Part shown: positions 35,278-47,715 of the stretch, piece after piece
Layout of the letters: each line of letters starts with the position of its first letter
Position numbering within the stretch: the first letter of the stretch is position 1
Origin: an uncultured delta proteobacterium
Lineage (GTDB): Bacteria; Myxococcota; Myxococcia; Myxococcales; Myxococcaceae
Length of the DNA stretch: 64,000 nt
Reading direction: 5' to 3'
Assembly (NCBI GenBank): GCA_963771175.1
Contig: CAVYSY010000003.1
Coordinates: 125,225 to 189,224 of the forward strand
The notes under the pieces: generated by a model
The model's database searches: none
The model's input: the letters and a program-made list of their open reading frames with translations, nothing else
What the model was told of the DNA's origin: nothing
Translations under genes and position numbers: made by a program

Positions 35278-36507
35278 TCACTTCTTGCGCAGACCGGCCA
35301 CGTCCTTGGCGACGGCCTTCTGGGCGACGTCGAGGGCGGCCTTGGGGGTGGAAGCCTTCTTGAGGATGGAGTTCATCGCCGAGGTGGCCGGCGACCAGAC
35401 CATCGTCATCTCCGGCACGTTGGGCATCGGCACCGCCACCTCGACCTGGTCGCGGAACGCCTTGAGCTGCGAGTCCGCGGAGACCTTCGCGTCGGAGTAC
35501 ACGCCCTGGTTGGCGGGGCTCTGGCGGCCCTCCAGCGCGAGCACCTTGGAGGCCTCGTCGCTGGTGAGGAACTTCGCCACCTCGAAGGCGGCGTCCTTGT
35601 TCTTCGACGGAGCGGCGACGTAGACGCCCTCCACCGTCATCCACGGACGCATGGGCTTGCCACCGGCCTCGTCCAGCGTGGGCAGCGGGGCCAGGCCGTA
35701 GTCCACGCCCTTGGCGATCTCCCCGAGGAACCAGGGGCCGGAGAACACCATGGCCGCCTTGCCCTCGTTGAAGAGCGAGGTGATGAGCGCGGAGGAAGGC
35801 TCGGCGGGCATGATGCCGTCCTTCTCCGCCCACTTCATCACCTGCTCCACCGACTTCACGTTCTGCGCGGAGTTCAGGGTGGGGGTGACGCCCGGGCCGA
35901 ACACGCCACCGCCGAAGCCGTTCATCAGGGCCGCGTGGTAGTAGAAGTCACCGTAGGAGTAGGCGAGACCGAAGCGGCCGGCCTTCTTGTCGGTGAGCTT
36001 CTTGGCCAGCTTCACCAGCTCGCCGCTCGTCTTGGGCGGGGTGGGGACGAGCTTCTTGTTGTAGATGAGCGTGATGACCTTGTAGTTCAGCGGCAGGCCG
36101 TAGACGGTGCCGCGGTAGGTCATCGCCTCCATCGTGGTGGGGATGAAGCGCTTGCGGATGGCGTCATCCAGGTAGAAGTCGACGGGCTCCACCGTGTTGC
36201 CGGCTTCAATCCACCCACCCAGACGGTCCTGGGCGAAGATGAACAGGTCCGGACCCTTGCCGCGCGGCACGGTGGCGGAGATCTTGTCCGCGTAGGCGTC
36301 ATACGGCACCGCCAGCGTCTTCACCTGGATGCCCTTGGAGGCATTGGCGGCGTTGAACTGGGCGATCACCTTCTCCAGCGCGGCCTTCTCCTCGGCGCGG
36401 TAGGCGTGCCACAGGACGATCTCCTTCGTCTCGGCGGCGGCGGTCGTGGACGTCAGGCCGAGCGCACACAGGCACGCGGCCGCGAGCATCAGTCGCAGGT
36501 TCTTCAT
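35278..36507 (-). CDS. malE: Maltose/maltodextrin-binding periplasmic protein
   Basis: Signal peptide; GPDLFIFAQDRLGGW, YGLP, LIYNKKLV, AAMVFSGPW, PMPNVPEMTMVW. Confidence 0.92.
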   Translation of the reverse strand: MKNLRLMLAAACLCALGLTSTTAAAETKEIVLWHAYRAEEKAALEKVIAQFNAANASKGIQVKTLAVPYDAYADKISATVPRGKGPDLFIFAQDRLGGWIEAGNTVEPVDFYLDDAIRKRFIPTTMEAMTYRGTVYGLPLNYKVITLIYNKKLVPTPPKTSGELVKLAKKLTDKKAGRFGLAYSYGDFYYHAALMNGFGGGVFGPGVTPTLNSAQNVKSVEQVMKWAEKDGIMPAEPSSALITSLFNEGKAAMVFSGPWFLGEIAKGVDYGLAPLPTLDEAGGKPMRPWMTVEGVYVAAPSKNKDAAFEVAKFLTSDEASKVLALEGRQSPANQGVYSDAKVSADSQLKAFRDQVEVAVPMPNVPEMTMVWSPATSAMNSILKKASTPKAALDVAQKAVAKDVAGLRKK

Positions 36508-36529
36508 GTCGGGAAGCTCCCAGGGGTGA

Positions 36530-37625
<1,096 letters not shown>

Positions 37626-37692
37626 TTTCAGGCTCTCCCCACTCGGGCACACCCTGGGTGGCCCAGCTGCCTGGTTACGAACTGCGTTCTCA

Positions 37693-39316
37693 CTACCGGG
37701 CCCGCCCCAGGATGCGGACGGACATCGGCTCGACGGAGACCTCCATCGACGGGCTGGCCGCCACCCGGCCCCCCTCCATCAGGTCCTCGGCATCCGCGCC
37801 GCTCCAGGCCTCGGGCCAGGGGAACGAGATGGACTGCTTCTTGTTGCTCCGGTTCACCGCCACCACCACCGCGTCACCGGACTCGGGCTCGTGCCGGATG
37901 AAGGCATAGACGTCGCCCTCGGTGGCGAGCCCCTTGTGCGTGCCACGCGCGAGCGCCGGGTGCGCCCGGCGGACGGCGATGAGCTGCTGGTAGAACTGGC
38001 GCAGCGACTCGTCGCGAGGCAGGCCCGTGCCGGGCTGCACCGCGCGCTCGCCCCAGGGCATGTCGCTCCGGTTGGCCGGCCAGTCACCACCGGGACGGCC
38101 CACCTCCTCGCCGTAGTAGATGACGGGGATGCCGGAGGTGGTGAGCTGCAGCGCCGCCGCGAGCCGGAAGAGCGCCTTGTCGCCCTGGAGCTGGAAGAGC
38201 GCACCGGGCACGTCGTGCGAGGACAGGAAGTGCGACAGGTGGTAGCCCTTGCGGACCTTGTGCCGCGAGCGGAGGTAGGCGTCGAAGGCCACGGTGCGCC
38301 CGCGCCCCTGCACCCACGCGAGCGCGCTGCCCTGGAAGCCGAAGTCGAAGCCGGCGTCCATCTCGTCCGTGGAGAACCACGGCTCGAGCGACGTCGCGGT
38401 CCCCGCCCCACACCTCGCCGAGCAGGAAGAAGTCCTTGCCCAGCTCCTCGCGGGTGCGGCGGCGGTGCTCCTGCCAGAAGGGGTGGTCCACGTGCTTCAC
38501 CGTGTCCAGCCGGAAGCCGTCCACCCCCGAGCGCTTGCCCCAGGACAGCTGCGCGTCGAGCAGGTACTTCGCCACCTCGGGCTGCTCCGTCTTGAAGTCC
38601 GGCAGGCCGGACACGCAGCTCGTCAGGTCATCCTGTCCGCAGGTGCCCTTCTCCTCCGAGCGCAGCCAGCCGCGCGTCTCGGGCGCCTGGAGGTACTTCG
38701 AGAGGTAGCCGGGGTGGTTGTAGACCACGTCCAGCAGCACGCGGATGCCCCGCTGGTGGCACGCGTCCACCAGCGCCTTCAGCTCCTGCTCGGTGCCGAA
38801 GCGCGGGTCAATCCGCTGGAAGTCATCGGCCCAGTAGCCGTGGTAGCCCCAGTCCGGGAAGCCGGCGCCGGTGACGAAGCCGTCGATGTTCTTCACCACC
38901 GGGGTAATCCAGAGCGCCGTCACGCCCAGCGAGGACAGCTCGTCGAGCTGCGCGTGCAGGCCCTTGAAGTCGCCGCCGTGGAAGGCGCCGGGGGCCTTCT
39001 TGTCCACCTTGACGTTGTTGCTGGGGTCACCGTCCGCGAAGCGGTCCAGCACGACGAAGTAGAGGACCTCGTCGGACCAGCGGCGGGCAGGAGCGGGAGC
39101 CGCGGCGGGCGCGGGTGCCGGAGCAGGAACGGGCGTCGCGGTCGCCGTGTCGGGCGACGCGCTCGTGCCCACCTCGGAGGTTGCACTCTCGGCTGGGGGC
39201 GGCTGCGAGTGAGCGCAGCCGGTGAGCGCCAGCGGAAGAAGCAACAACGAAGTCGCAACGGAGTGAAGAATGTTCGCGCGTCTGGCCGGGGGGCAACAAG
39301 GCGACGAAGCAACCAT
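37693..39316 (-). CDS. GH13 alpha-amylase/cyclomaltodextrinase-like lipoprotein (frameshift near 38390; start uncertain)
   Basis: Lipobox [56 protein letters not shown]. Confidence 0.9.
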
Positions 39317-39492
39317 TGCGCGGGACTTTTCCACACCCGCTATGGAAAGTGAACCCTCCCACTTCGGATGTCACGGAACAGCAGTGAATCCGAGAAGTTA
39401 CCTTGTCCCGTTCACGAGAAGCGCGCCGGCAAAGCACGCGCGGTCGGTTACGCGCCGTGTCAAACCCTTGCATCACGCAAGCGATGTCCGCG

Positions 39493-39906
39493 TCAGGGCA
39501 GATTGTTCATCCGATCTTCGACCTGGACCGGATCGGCCTTGCCCACGTCCTTGATGACGATGATCTCCCGGGCCACCATCTCCATGTCGTTGTTGGCGAA
39601 GGAGGCGCGTACGGTGGAGCCGGGCGCGAGGAACTCACGGCCCACCTGCTTGCCGCCCTGGTAGTAGCGCGTCTGGTCGGTGATGCGCAGGTAGCGCGTC
39701 TTGCCCCACTTGTCCTCGATGACGAGTGTGTCCGAGTACTCACCGGTGACGGTGCCCTTCATCATGAAGCCCCGCTCGAGCGAGTAGGGGTTCTTCGCGA
39801 TGGGGCCCTCGCTCCCCGAGGACTTGCGCATCGCCACCGTCCCACCCGTCCGGCAGCCCGCGAGCACCACCGCGCCCAGCACCGCGCCCCAGATGACTCC
39901 CCGCAT
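39493..39906 (-). CDS. Small hypothetical lipoprotein (possible OB-fold)
   Basis: MRGVIWGAVLGAVVLAGC lipobox; GGGGGAG RBS; beta-rich body. Confidence 0.7.
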   Translation of the reverse strand: MRGVIWGAVLGAVVLAGCRTGGTVAMRKSSGSEGPIAKNPYSLERGFMMKGTVTGEYSDTLVIEDKWGKTRYLRITDQTRYYQGGKQVGREFLAPGSTVRASFANNDMEMVAREIIVIKDVGKADPVQVEDRMNNLP

Positions 39907-40019
39907 GCTCGCTCCCCCCGCGGGGCGCGACACCGTGGCCCCACGGTGGGTGAAGTTGGGGCCGGAGCGAAGGGGTCGCAAGCAGCACCTCGGGACGACT
40001 GCCCGGCTGCCCTCGGGCG

Positions 40020-40616
40020 TCAGACGCCGAGCTGGGCGAGCAACGCCCTGGAGCTCTCGCGATCCAACACCAGCAGCACCTGGCCGGACACCGCGGGCGC
40101 GCCCACCGCCGAGAAGCGCGTCTCCAGCACCACCACGCGGTCGTCGCCCCGGGCCTCCGTCACCGCGTCCGACAGCACCGGGCCCGCCGCGCCTCGCACC
40201 AGCACCGGCACCGAGGGCAGCAGCCTCCAGCCCGTGAGCGTGCCGATGGCCGACAGGCACGCACTGGCCACGATGTTCGCCGTCTCCGACAGCGCGCTCT
40301 CACGCTCCTCCGGCGGAGCGTCCTGACGCCGCAGCAGCAGCGCCTCCAGCGCCGCGCTGTCCTCCACGGGGAGGATGAGCAACAGCATGCCCCGGAGCTG
40401 TCCCTGCATGCCCAGCTTCGCGGCCACCACGGGGGCCTCGCCCCCGCCCAGCAGCTCGGCCACTTCCGAGGCCCCGGCCATCATGGCGCGCGGCACGGAC
40501 AGGTGCACCGTGCGGCCACCCACCAGCTTCGCGAGCGCGCTGACGGCGTGCCCGCAGCCGATGTTGGCCACCTCGCGAAGGGCGTCCAGCTGAATGTCGC
40601 TCGGATGAGGGCTCAC
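40020..40616 (-). CDS. difG: CheC-family phosphatase (DifG-like)
   Basis: DALREVANIGCGHA and SALSETANIVAS motifs; last gene of the che cluster. Confidence 0.9.
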   Translation of the reverse strand: MSPHPSDIQLDALREVANIGCGHAVSALAKLVGGRTVHLSVPRAMMAGASEVAELLGGGEAPVVAAKLGMQGQLRGMLLLILPVEDSAALEALLLRRQDAPPEERESALSETANIVASACLSAIGTLTGWRLLPSVPVLVRGAAGPVLSDAVTEARGDDRVVVLETRFSAVGAPAVSGQVLLVLDRESSRALLAQLGV

Positions 40617-42806
40617 GCGGACAGTAACCTCGGCACGTCCAGGATGAAGACCGGGCGGCCACTCCCCAGGATGGTCACCCCGGAAAGACCCGGCAGCAAG
40701 TCCAAGGGCCGGGACAGCGGCTTGAGCACCGCCTCTTCCTGCCCCACCAGTCTGTCGACCGCGAGCGCGACCCGGCCCGCGTCTCCTTCCATCACCACGA
40801 AGGGCCTGGGGCCCTTGCGCGGGGGCGCGTCGAGGCCCACGAGCGCGTCCAGCCCGTACACCGGCAGCAACCCCTGACCATGCGGCAGCATCGGCGTCTC
40901 CCGGCTGCGCGTCAGGGCCTCGCCGTCCGCCTCCATCGCCCCCACCACCTTGGCGATGGGCAGGCCGAACACCTCGTCGCCCACCGCCACCAGCAGCAGG
41001 TGCACCACCGCCACCGTGAGCGGCAGCCGCAGCGTGAAGCGCGTCCCGCGCCCCAGCTCGCTCTCAATCTCCAGCGTCCCGCCCACGTTCTCCACCACCC
41101 GCTTCACCGCGTCCATGCCGACGCCGCGACCGGAGATGTCGGAGACGTCCTTCGCGGTGGAGACGCCCGGCAGACATGCGAGCAGGAAGGCCTCGCGGTC
41201 CGTCATCCGCGCCGCCGCCTCCGCGCTGATGGCGCCGCGAGTCACCGCCGCCGCCTTCAGCTTCGCCGCGTTCATGCCGCGGCCGTCGTCCTCCATCTCC
41301 AGCACCACGCGGTCGCGCGCGCGCCGCACCGACACCAGCACGCGTCCGCGCGGGCCCTTCCCCGCCGCCACCCGCTCCTCGGCCGGCTCCAGGCCGTGGT
41401 CGATGCAGTTGCGCAGCAGGTGCAGCAGCGGATCCGCCAGCTCGTCGAGGATGGCCCGGTCGAGCTCGATCTCCGCGCCGGTGATGACGAGGTCCACCTC
41501 GCGCTCCCGGCGCCGGGCGATGTCGCGCGCCGCGCGGGGCAGCCGGTCGGTGATGAGCGACAGCGGCGTCATGCGCGCGCTCATCACCTTGTCGTGCAGG
41601 TCCTTCACCAGCGCGTGCAGCCGGTAGACGCCCTCCTCGATGGGCGGGCGCGAGTTCTCCGGCAGCACCTTGCCCAGCTCGCGCAGGCGCGCGGTGGCCA
41701 GCAGCAGCTCGCCCACGGTGTCCAGGAAGTAGTCCAGCAGCTCGGTGCGCACGCGCACCGTGCGCGTCGACGCGTCCGCGCCCGCGGACCTGGAGGCGTC
41801 CGCCCCCGACTGGCTCACCGCCGCGACGGGCGGGGGCGGGGGCGCCACCACCGCTGGCTTCAGCGAGACGAGGTCCACCTCCGCCACGTTCCGCAGCGCC
41901 TTGCGGATGGTCTCCTCGCCCTCGGCCGTCTCCAGCTCGAGCTGGATCAGCCCCTCCGGGATGCGGCCGGCCTTGAGGTCCTCCAGCGGAGGCGTCAGGC
42001 CGTGCAGCGTCCCCAGGCCCGTCAGCCGCTTGTGCACCAGGAAGGCGCGCACGCCCGGCGTCTGGCAGGTGGGGGCGATGCGCAGCCGCACCGCCCAGCG
42101 CTTCGGCTCCTCTTCGGGCGTCGACTCCACTTCCACCTTCGACGCGGGCACGACCATCGCGACCCTGGCGGCCAGCTGGGTCGCCTCGGCGCTGGTGGCG
42201 GAGGCCGGCACCTCGACGGGGGGAGCGGGCACGGCGGGAGCAGGTGGGGCCTCGGCGGCGGCGACAGGCGCGGGGGCCGGAGCGTCGGCCGCGACCGGAA
42301 CAGAGGCCGCCACGCGAGCAGCGGCCACGACCGGAGCGGGGGCCGGAGCGTGCCTGCGCCGGAGTGCTGGGGGCTACGGAGGCGGACCGGGCCAGGACGC
42401 GCGTGGCGCCGGGTGCGCGGCCGGTGAGCACGGACACCCGGTCGGCGAGCTGACCGAGCAGCTCCGCGGCGTCATCGGGCGGCTTGTTCTCCGCCACGGC
42501 CCGCACCTGGGCCATCATCACGTCGGTGGCCGACAGGAGCAGGTCCACCAGGGTGCGCTCCAGCCGGCTCGGGTCCTGGCGGATGGCGTCCACCAGGTCC
42601 TCCACCCGGTGGGCCAGCACGGCGATGGGCTCGAAGCCCATGGACGAGGCCATGCCCTTGACCGAGTGCGCGTGGCGGAACATCGAGTCCACCACCGTGG
42701 GTGCCCCCTCGCGCTCCAGCTGCACGAGGTCCCGCCCCAGTCCCTCCAGGTGCTCGCTTGCCTCGGTGAGGAACAGACCGAGGTAGCGGGACATGTCCAT
42801 CGTCAT
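40613..42806 (-). CDS. difE: CheA histidine kinase (DifE-like; frameshift near 42350 in the linker)
   Basis: Hpt FRHAHSVKGMA; HLLRNCIDHG, DDGRG, GVSTAK, SGRGVGMD; C-terminal CheW domain. Confidence 0.93.
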
Positions 42807-42840
42807 GTCCGACCTCGAGCGCGCTGGGGCAGGGGGCCCT

Positions 42841-43209
42841 TCAACCCTCGCCCAACACCTTCTTGACGACCGCCAGCACGTCCTCCGCGCGGAACGGCTT
42901 GACGATGAAGTCCGAGGCTCCCGCCTCGATGGCCTCCATCACCAGGCTCTCCTGTCCCAGCGCCGAGCACATGATGACGACCGCGTTGGCGTCGAACTTG
43001 ATGATCTCCCGCGTGGCCTCGATGCCGCTCTTGAAGGGCATGACGATGTCCATCGTCGTCAGATCCGGCTTGAGCTCCTTGTACTTCTCCACGGCCTCCA
43101 GGCCGTTGGCCGCCTCTCCGACGACCTCGAAGCCACCGGACGCGAAGATGTCCTTGATCATGTTGCGCATGAAGATGGCATCGTCGACGACCAGCACCCG
43201 CTTAGCCAT
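42841..43209 (-). CDS. difD: CheY response regulator (DifD-like)
   Basis: VLVVDDAIFMR, MDIVMP, CSALGQ, FIVKPF. Confidence 0.95.
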   Translation of the reverse strand: MAKRVLVVDDAIFMRNMIKDIFASGGFEVVGEAANGLEAVEKYKELKPDLTTMDIVMPFKSGIEATREIIKFDANAVVIMCSALGQESLVMEAIEAGASDFIVKPFRAEDVLAVVKKVLGEG

Positions 43210-43281
43210 GTGCAGCTCCGCCTCCGCTTAAGGCCCCAAGAGGGGCGCGGACACTACCACCCGCCCATTTCAGGCGGCTAC

Positions 43282-43710
43282 TCACTTCTGATGGGCCGTG
43301 GTGAAGAGTCCAACCACCGCGGAATCCAGCCCTTCTGGCTCCAAAACCGTCACTGCCTGGCCCCTCAGTCGGGCCACCCCACGCACCGCCGGGACCGTCT
43401 TGCCCGGAGCCGTGATCACCCGCTCCACCTCCTCGATCCCATCCACGTCCGTCACGAGCAGCCCCAAATCCCGCCGCCCCCTGTCCAGCAGCAACACGCG
43501 GCCCGAAGGCGTGGGTCCATCCGGCAACCCCAGCAAGTGCCGCAGCTCCACCACCGTCACCACCCGACCCCGCAGGTTCATCACCCCCGTCACCGCCGCC
43601 GGAGCCCGAGGCACCCGGGTGAAGCGCTCCGGAGGCACCACCACTTCCCTCACCGCCGGCAGCGGCAGTGCGTAGCGCTCCTTCTCCACCCGGAAGATGA
43701 CGTGCCGCAC
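43282..43710 (-). CDS. difC: CheW coupling protein (DifC-like)
   Basis: YALPLPAVREVV, TRVP, GVMNLRGRVVTVVEL, GLLV. Confidence 0.93.
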   Translation of the reverse strand: MRHVIFRVEKERYALPLPAVREVVVPPERFTRVPRAPAAVTGVMNLRGRVVTVVELRHLLGLPDGPTPSGRVLLLDRGRRDLGLLVTDVDGIEEVERVITAPGKTVPAVRGVARLRGQAVTVLEPEGLDSAVVGLFTTAHQK

Positions 43711-43824
43711 GAGTCACTTTCTACCAGCAGCTCTCGGGTTCTGGGAAATTCGTGAAAGCAATCAAGTGCACAAGCCGCCACTTGCCCGGCCCCTCTTATA
43801 AGGAGCAGGGGAGGTGCCCACCAC

Positions 43825-45078
43825 TCAGGCGTTCAGCCGGAAGCTGCGCACCACGCTCTGCAGCTCGATGGAGAGGTTGGTCAGCTCGCTGGCCAACGAG
43901 GTCATCCGCACCATGGCGTCCGACTGGTCCTGGATGACGGCCTGGATGGCCTCGGTGGAGGCCGCGTTGTTCTTGGCCACCAGGGAAATCTCCTCGGTGG
44001 CGTTGACCATCTCCTGGCTGCCCTTGAGCTGCTCGCGGGCGCTGTCGGAGATGAGGTGCACCTTCTCGGCCACCTTGCGCACGGTGTCGGTGATGGCGCC
44101 CATGGAGCGCACGATGCCGGTGAGGTCCTCGCGACCCTCGGCCAGCTCCTCGATGCCCTCCTTCATCGCGCTCACCACCGCCGTGGACTGGCCGGAGATG
44201 TCGCGCGCCAGCTTCGAAATCTGCTCCGCCGAGCGACCCGCGCTCTCGGCCAGCTTGCGCACCTCGTCGGCCACCACCGCGAAGCCGCGGCCGTACTCGC
44301 CCGCGCGCGCCGCCTCGATGGTGGCGTTGAGCGCCAGCAGGTTCGTCTGCTGCGCCACCTGGGTGATGGCGTCGACGATTTTGGAAATCTCCTGCGTCTT
44401 CTCGCCGAAGGCGAACACCTGCTGGCTCGCCGCTTCAATCCGGTTGAAGACCTTCTTCACCTTCTCGCCGGCCAGGAGCGCCGCCTTGCTGCCGTTCTCG
44501 GCCGCGCTGCTCGTCTCGGCGGCGGTGCGGGCCGCGTCCTCGGCGCTCGCCGCGGTGCGCTGGATGCTGCCGGCCATCTCCGTAATCACCTTGGACGTCT
44601 TGCCGACGAGCTGCGACTGCGTCTCCGCGCCCTGGGCGATCTTGTCCATGGACAAGCCCACCTCTTCGTTGGTCGCGTTGACGTTCTCCGCCGAGCCCTG
44701 CAGGTCCTTCGCGGTATCCGCCACGCTCTTGGCGGTGTCCTGAATCTTGCCCACCAGGTCGCGCAGGTTCTCCTGCATCTTGCTGATGGCGAGCGCCAGC
44801 TCGTCGATCTCATCGCGGCGCAGGGCCCGCGGCGGCTCGACGACCAGGGGCTTGGACAGGTCGCCCTGGGAAATCTCGAAGGCGGAGCGCGACAGCACGC
44901 GCACGCGCGTCACGCGCGCCAGGTAGCGCGGCAGCGTCAGGGCGAGCGTGAGCGTGATGCTCAGCGCCATCCCGATGCGCCACCAGAAGCCCAGCAGCGT
45001 CTCCGAGATGAAGAGGGCGCCCGTGAGGACGCACCCCATCATCACGTAGCCGGTGAGGATCTTCAGTTGCAGGGACAC
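43825..45078 (-). CDS. difA: Methyl-accepting chemotaxis protein without periplasmic domain (DifA-like; start uncertain)
   Basis: Two closely spaced TM helices, HAMP (DEIDEL), [35 protein letters not shown]. Confidence 0.92.
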   Translation of the reverse strand: MSLQLKILTGYVMMGCVLTGALFISETLLGFWWRIGMALSITLTLALTLPRYLARVTRVRVLSRSAFEISQGDLSKPLVVEPPRALRRDEIDELALAISKMQENLRDLVGKIQDTAKSVADTAKDLQGSAENVNATNEEVGLSMDKIAQGAETQSQLVGKTSKVITEMAGSIQRTAASAEDAARTAAETSSAAENGSKAALLAGEKVKKVFNRIEAASQQVFAFGEKTQEISKIVDAITQVAQQTNLLALNATIEAARAGEYGRGFAVVADEVRKLAESAGRSAEQISKLARDISGQSTAVVSAMKEGIEELAEGREDLTGIVRSMGAITDTVRKVAEKVHLISDSAREQLKGSQEMVNATEEISLVAKNNAASTEAIQAVIQDQSDAMVRMTSLASELTNLSIELQSVVRSFRLNA

Positions 45079-45233
45079 TTCGTGCCCCCCCGTGCCAGGT
45101 TGCTCGACAGAGCGCAGGAGCCGATGCACGGGCTCACGTCGGGGGGAGAGGCCGGGGGATGGATCGTCGCGAAGATGGCGGCGCACGGTTTCGCTTTTCC
45201 AGGAGACAGCAACAGCGACCTGCGGGTTTAGCC

Positions 45234-46217
45234 CTACCGTCTGGAACGGTCAATCCGGGTGCCTCCTCGGAAGTGGTCGAAGCCAGCAGGCGGGCGCAGC
45301 GTCTGGCCGCTCGCGTCATGGAGCTGTCCCGGCGGACCCGAGGTGAGCCGGCCGATCCGCGTGAGGGGCTCCTCCGCTCGGAGACAGGCCCGCTCGAAGG
45401 CGGGGGTACGCTCGGGTGGGACGGCGAGGAGCAGCTCGTAGTCCTCGCCACCCGCGAGTGCGCCCTCGGTCCCCAGGCTCGCGCGCACCGCCCGGGAGAG
45501 GGGCAGCCGGTCGAGCTCCAGCTCGGCCCCCACGCGAGAGGCGACGCACAGGTGCCCGAGGTCTTGCGCCAGGCCGTCGGAGATGTCCAGCCCGGCGGAG
45601 GCGAAGCGCGAGGCGAGCCGGCCCAGGGCCACCTTCGGCTCCGGACGCTTCTGGCGGAGGATGGCCGAGGAGCGGCGCTGGCCCGCCTGGAGCTGCTGGA
45701 GCCCCAGCCGCGCGTCCCCCAGCGTGCCCGACACGTACAGCACGTCGCCGGGCCTGCCTCCGGCGCGGGTGATGGGCGCGGTGCCCGGCGGCAGCTCGCC
45801 CGCGGCGGTGAGGGTGACGGACAGCTCGCGCGCCGAGGAGAAGTTGCCGCCCACCAGCGCGATGCCGTGCTCGCGCGCCAGGGCGCTCATGCCCCGGGCG
45901 AGGCCGAGCAGCTCGCGGCGCGGGAAGTCCCGGGGCAGCGCGAGCGCGCAGACGAACCAGCGCGGCACCGCCCCCATGGACGCCAGGTCCGACAGGTTCA
46001 CCGCCAGCGCCTTGTGGCCGATGTCCTCGGGGGAGAACCACGCGCGCGTGAAGTGGACGTCCTCCACCACCGCGTCCGTGGTGATGCACTGCGCGCCCCT
46101 GCTCGGGGCGAGCACGGCGCAGTCGTCTCCCGGGCCGACGGGGACTCGCGCCCGGGGGAACTGGGAGAGGAAGAGCTCGATGAGGGTGAATTCGCCCGTG
46201 GTGGCCACGGGCGCCAC
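45234..46217 (-). CDS. thiL: Thiamine-monophosphate kinase
   Basis: GEFTLI, GDDCA, VEDVHF, NLSDLASMG, DISDGL, GGEDYELL, GFDHF. Confidence 0.96.
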   Translation of the reverse strand: MAPVATTGEFTLIELFLSQFPRARVPVGPGDDCAVLAPSRGAQCITTDAVVEDVHFTRAWFSPEDIGHKALAVNLSDLASMGAVPRWFVCALALPRDFPRRELLGLARGMSALAREHGIALVGGNFSSARELSVTLTAAGELPPGTAPITRAGGRPGDVLYVSGTLGDARLGLQQLQAGQRRSSAILRQKRPEPKVALGRLASRFASAGLDISDGLAQDLGHLCVASRVGAELELDRLPLSRAVRASLGTEGALAGGEDYELLLAVPPERTPAFERACLRAEEPLTRIGRLTSGPPGQLHDASGQTLRPPAGFDHFRGGTRIDRSRR

Positions 46218-46218
46218 A

Positions 46219-47715
46219 CTAGAAACGGTCCGGCTCGGTGTCGATTGGCGGCGGAATGAAGGCCGGGCCCTGCCCCGACAGCGGCGGCTCTTGCGGCAGC
46301 ACCACGGTGAAGCACGAGCCCTGTCCCACCTCGCTCGTCACCCCCACCCGGCCGCCGTGCCCCTCCACGTAGCTCTTCACGATGGCCAGCCCCAGCCCCG
46401 CTCCGCCGAACTCGCGCGTCGGGCTGTCGTCCACCTGGTAGAAGCTCCGGAAGATGCGCGCGCGCTGGTCCTCCGGGATGCCCACCCCGGTGTCCTCCAC
46501 CTCGATGCGGTAGCCGGACACGCCCAGCCTCGGCTGGGGCCCCAGCTCCGACAGCCGCACCTCCACCCGCCCGCCGCCCGGCGTGAACTTCACCGCGTTG
46601 GCCAGCAGGTTCACCACCACCTGCGCCAGCTTCTCCCGGTCCGCCACCACCCGCGGCTGCACCACCGGCGGCATCTGCACCTTCACCGTCAGGCCCTTGC
46701 GCTGCGCCTGCGGCATCACGCTCGTGAGCGCGCCCTCCACCAGCTCCTGCACGTCCACCCACTCGAAGGCGAGCCGCACCTTGCCCGCTTCGATCTGGCT
46801 CATGTCCAGGATGGAGGAGATGAGCTTGAGCAGCGTGTTGCCCTTGTCCGTGATGGTGCGCACGAACTGCATCTGCTCCGGGTTGAGCCCGCCCACCAGC
46901 CCCTCGGACAGCATCTCCGAGTAGCCGATGATGGAGGCCAGCGGCGTGCGCAGCTCGTGGCTCACCGTGCTCAGGAAGCTCGACTTGAGGCGATCCGCCT
47001 CCTTCAGGCGCTGGTTGAGCCGCAGGAGCTGCGCGTTCTGCGTCTCCAGCTCGCGCTGCGTCTCCAGCGTCGCCTCGAGGTGGAGCTGCGCCGTCAGGTG
47101 GGACTTCTGCCCGGACGCCAGCAGCGCCGCCATCACCTGGGCGAAGTGCGCCACCAGCTTCGTCGCCTCGTGCTCGGACAGGCGCCGCACACGCACCATC
47201 AGCTCGCGCGCCCGCGCCACGTCCACCTCCGCCACCTCTCCGAGCGAGGCCGGCGGCTCCGCCAGCTCCTCGGGCACGAAGGGGCCGAACACGACACGCC
47301 CCAGCTCGTCGCCCTCCCACCGCACCGGTATCACCAGATAGCGCAGGCCCGTGAAGCACGGCTGCGCCAGCAGCGCCCCGCCCAGCGGGCTCGTCCAGGG
47401 CACGAGCCGCGCGTCCTGCGTGGGCGTCAGGGACCCCTCGTGGAGCCGCGCCATCAGGGAGGCGCAGCGCGAGCGGCCCTCGGGGGACGCGTTGACGTAG
47501 CCGCAGAGGTCCCCGCAGCCGCCCTTCACGTCCGCCAGCGTCCGGCCCCGAGCATCCAGCACCCGGATGCCCACCCGGTACAGCTCCCCGAGGCTGTCCA
47601 CCACGTCCCCGAAGGTGTCCGGGTCCAGCATGTCCGACAGCGTCAGCTCGCGCTGGAGCACCGACCCCATGTGCGCCATTCTACCCTCCGAGGCGTCCAT
47701 CTTCCCGGCGCTCAT
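46219..47715 (-). CDS. Cytoplasmic sensor histidine kinase with PocR-like Cys-containing input domain
   Basis: DLCGYV...RC...PCFTGL input region; VSHELRTPL, NLLANAVKFT, DTGVGI, GAGLGLAI. Confidence 0.9.
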   Translation of the reverse strand: MSAGKMDASEGRMAHMGSVLQRELTLSDMLDPDTFGDVVDSLGELYRVGIRVLDARGRTLADVKGGCGDLCGYVNASPEGRSRCASLMARLHEGSLTPTQDARLVPWTSPLGGALLAQPCFTGLRYLVIPVRWEGDELGRVVFGPFVPEELAEPPASLGEVAEVDVARARELMVRVRRLSEHEATKLVAHFAQVMAALLASGQKSHLTAQLHLEATLETQRELETQNAQLLRLNQRLKEADRLKSSFLSTVSHELRTPLASIIGYSEMLSEGLVGGLNPEQMQFVRTITDKGNTLLKLISSILDMSQIEAGKVRLAFEWVDVQELVEGALTSVMPQAQRKGLTVKVQMPPVVQPRVVADREKLAQVVVNLLANAVKFTPGGGRVEVRLSELGPQPRLGVSGYRIEVEDTGVGIPEDQRARIFRSFYQVDDSPTREFGGAGLGLAIVKSYVEGHGGRVGVTSEVGQGSCFTVVLPQEPPLSGQGPAFIPPPIDTEPDRF

